A stretch of 8,349 nucleotides of DNA. Origin: Naegleria gruberi (taxonomy: Eukaryota). Under the pieces are notes generated by a model. The model searched no databases, had not been told where the DNA came from, and worked only from the letters and a program-made list of their open reading frames with translations. Each line of letters begins with the position of its first letter. Positions within the stretch are counted from its first letter, which is position 1. The position numbers and the translations under genes were made by a program. The stretch lies in NCBI GenBank assembly GCA_000004985.1, contig GG739072.1; one strand, written 5' to 3'. Positions 8,339 to 8,349 of this stretch are shown piece by piece.

Positions 8339-8349
8339 TTATTTCCAGA

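Noticed and set aside
1-8349. Prokaryotic interpretation: operon, IS256-like transposase, defence island.
   Set aside because: The SWIM-plus-MULE architecture, the NLS-like patch, eukaryotic protein-kinase catalytic-loop motifs, the monocistronic divergent arrangement with a TATAAAA motif, and the scaffold gap all point to a eukaryotic nuclear draft assembly. I found no Shine-Dalgarno motif, co-directional operon, CRISPR repeats, tRNA or rRNA.

Overview
This is an AT-rich window of roughly one-third GC that is almost certainly eukaryotic. Three real protein-coding genes flank a 5,198-bp run of N (1584..6781), which is a scaffold gap rather than sequence. (1) Positions 2..1583, + strand: the 3' part of a large ORF that is open from the window edge to the gap, with no stop in 527 codons. 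Its N-terminal half has the hallmarks of a MULE/MuDR-family DDE transposase: the 'h-h-h-D' second catalytic Asp region, a C-x-x-H motif (CRFH) and an 'N-x-V-E-S' catalytic Glu region. This is followed by a textbook SWIM zinc finger (CSC-x6-C-x3-CKH at 803..850), a basic NLS-like patch and a roughly 240-aa C-terminal extension I cannot recognise. (2) Positions 6782..7318, - strand: the N-terminal 179 aa of a eukaryotic-type protein kinase (HCDLRPEN catalytic loop, APE motif) whose 3' end is lost in the gap. (3) Positions 7367..8338, + strand: a complete 323-aa paralogous kinase-like gene (HCDLKPSN catalytic loop, DFE, subdomain IX DLFALG). The two kinase genes sit head-to-head, with start codons only 48 bp apart. 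Both kinases lack a glycine-rich loop and carry non-canonical metal-binding motifs (NFS and DFE in place of DFG). I found no rRNA, tRNA, CRISPR or prokaryotic operon structure. Several ORFs in the supplied six-frame track are artefacts of translating the N run as X. I cannot assign the organism; the features fit a compact, intron-poor, AT-rich eukaryote with a repeat-rich draft assembly. Everything here comes from reading the sequence and from motif knowledge, and no database search was possible.
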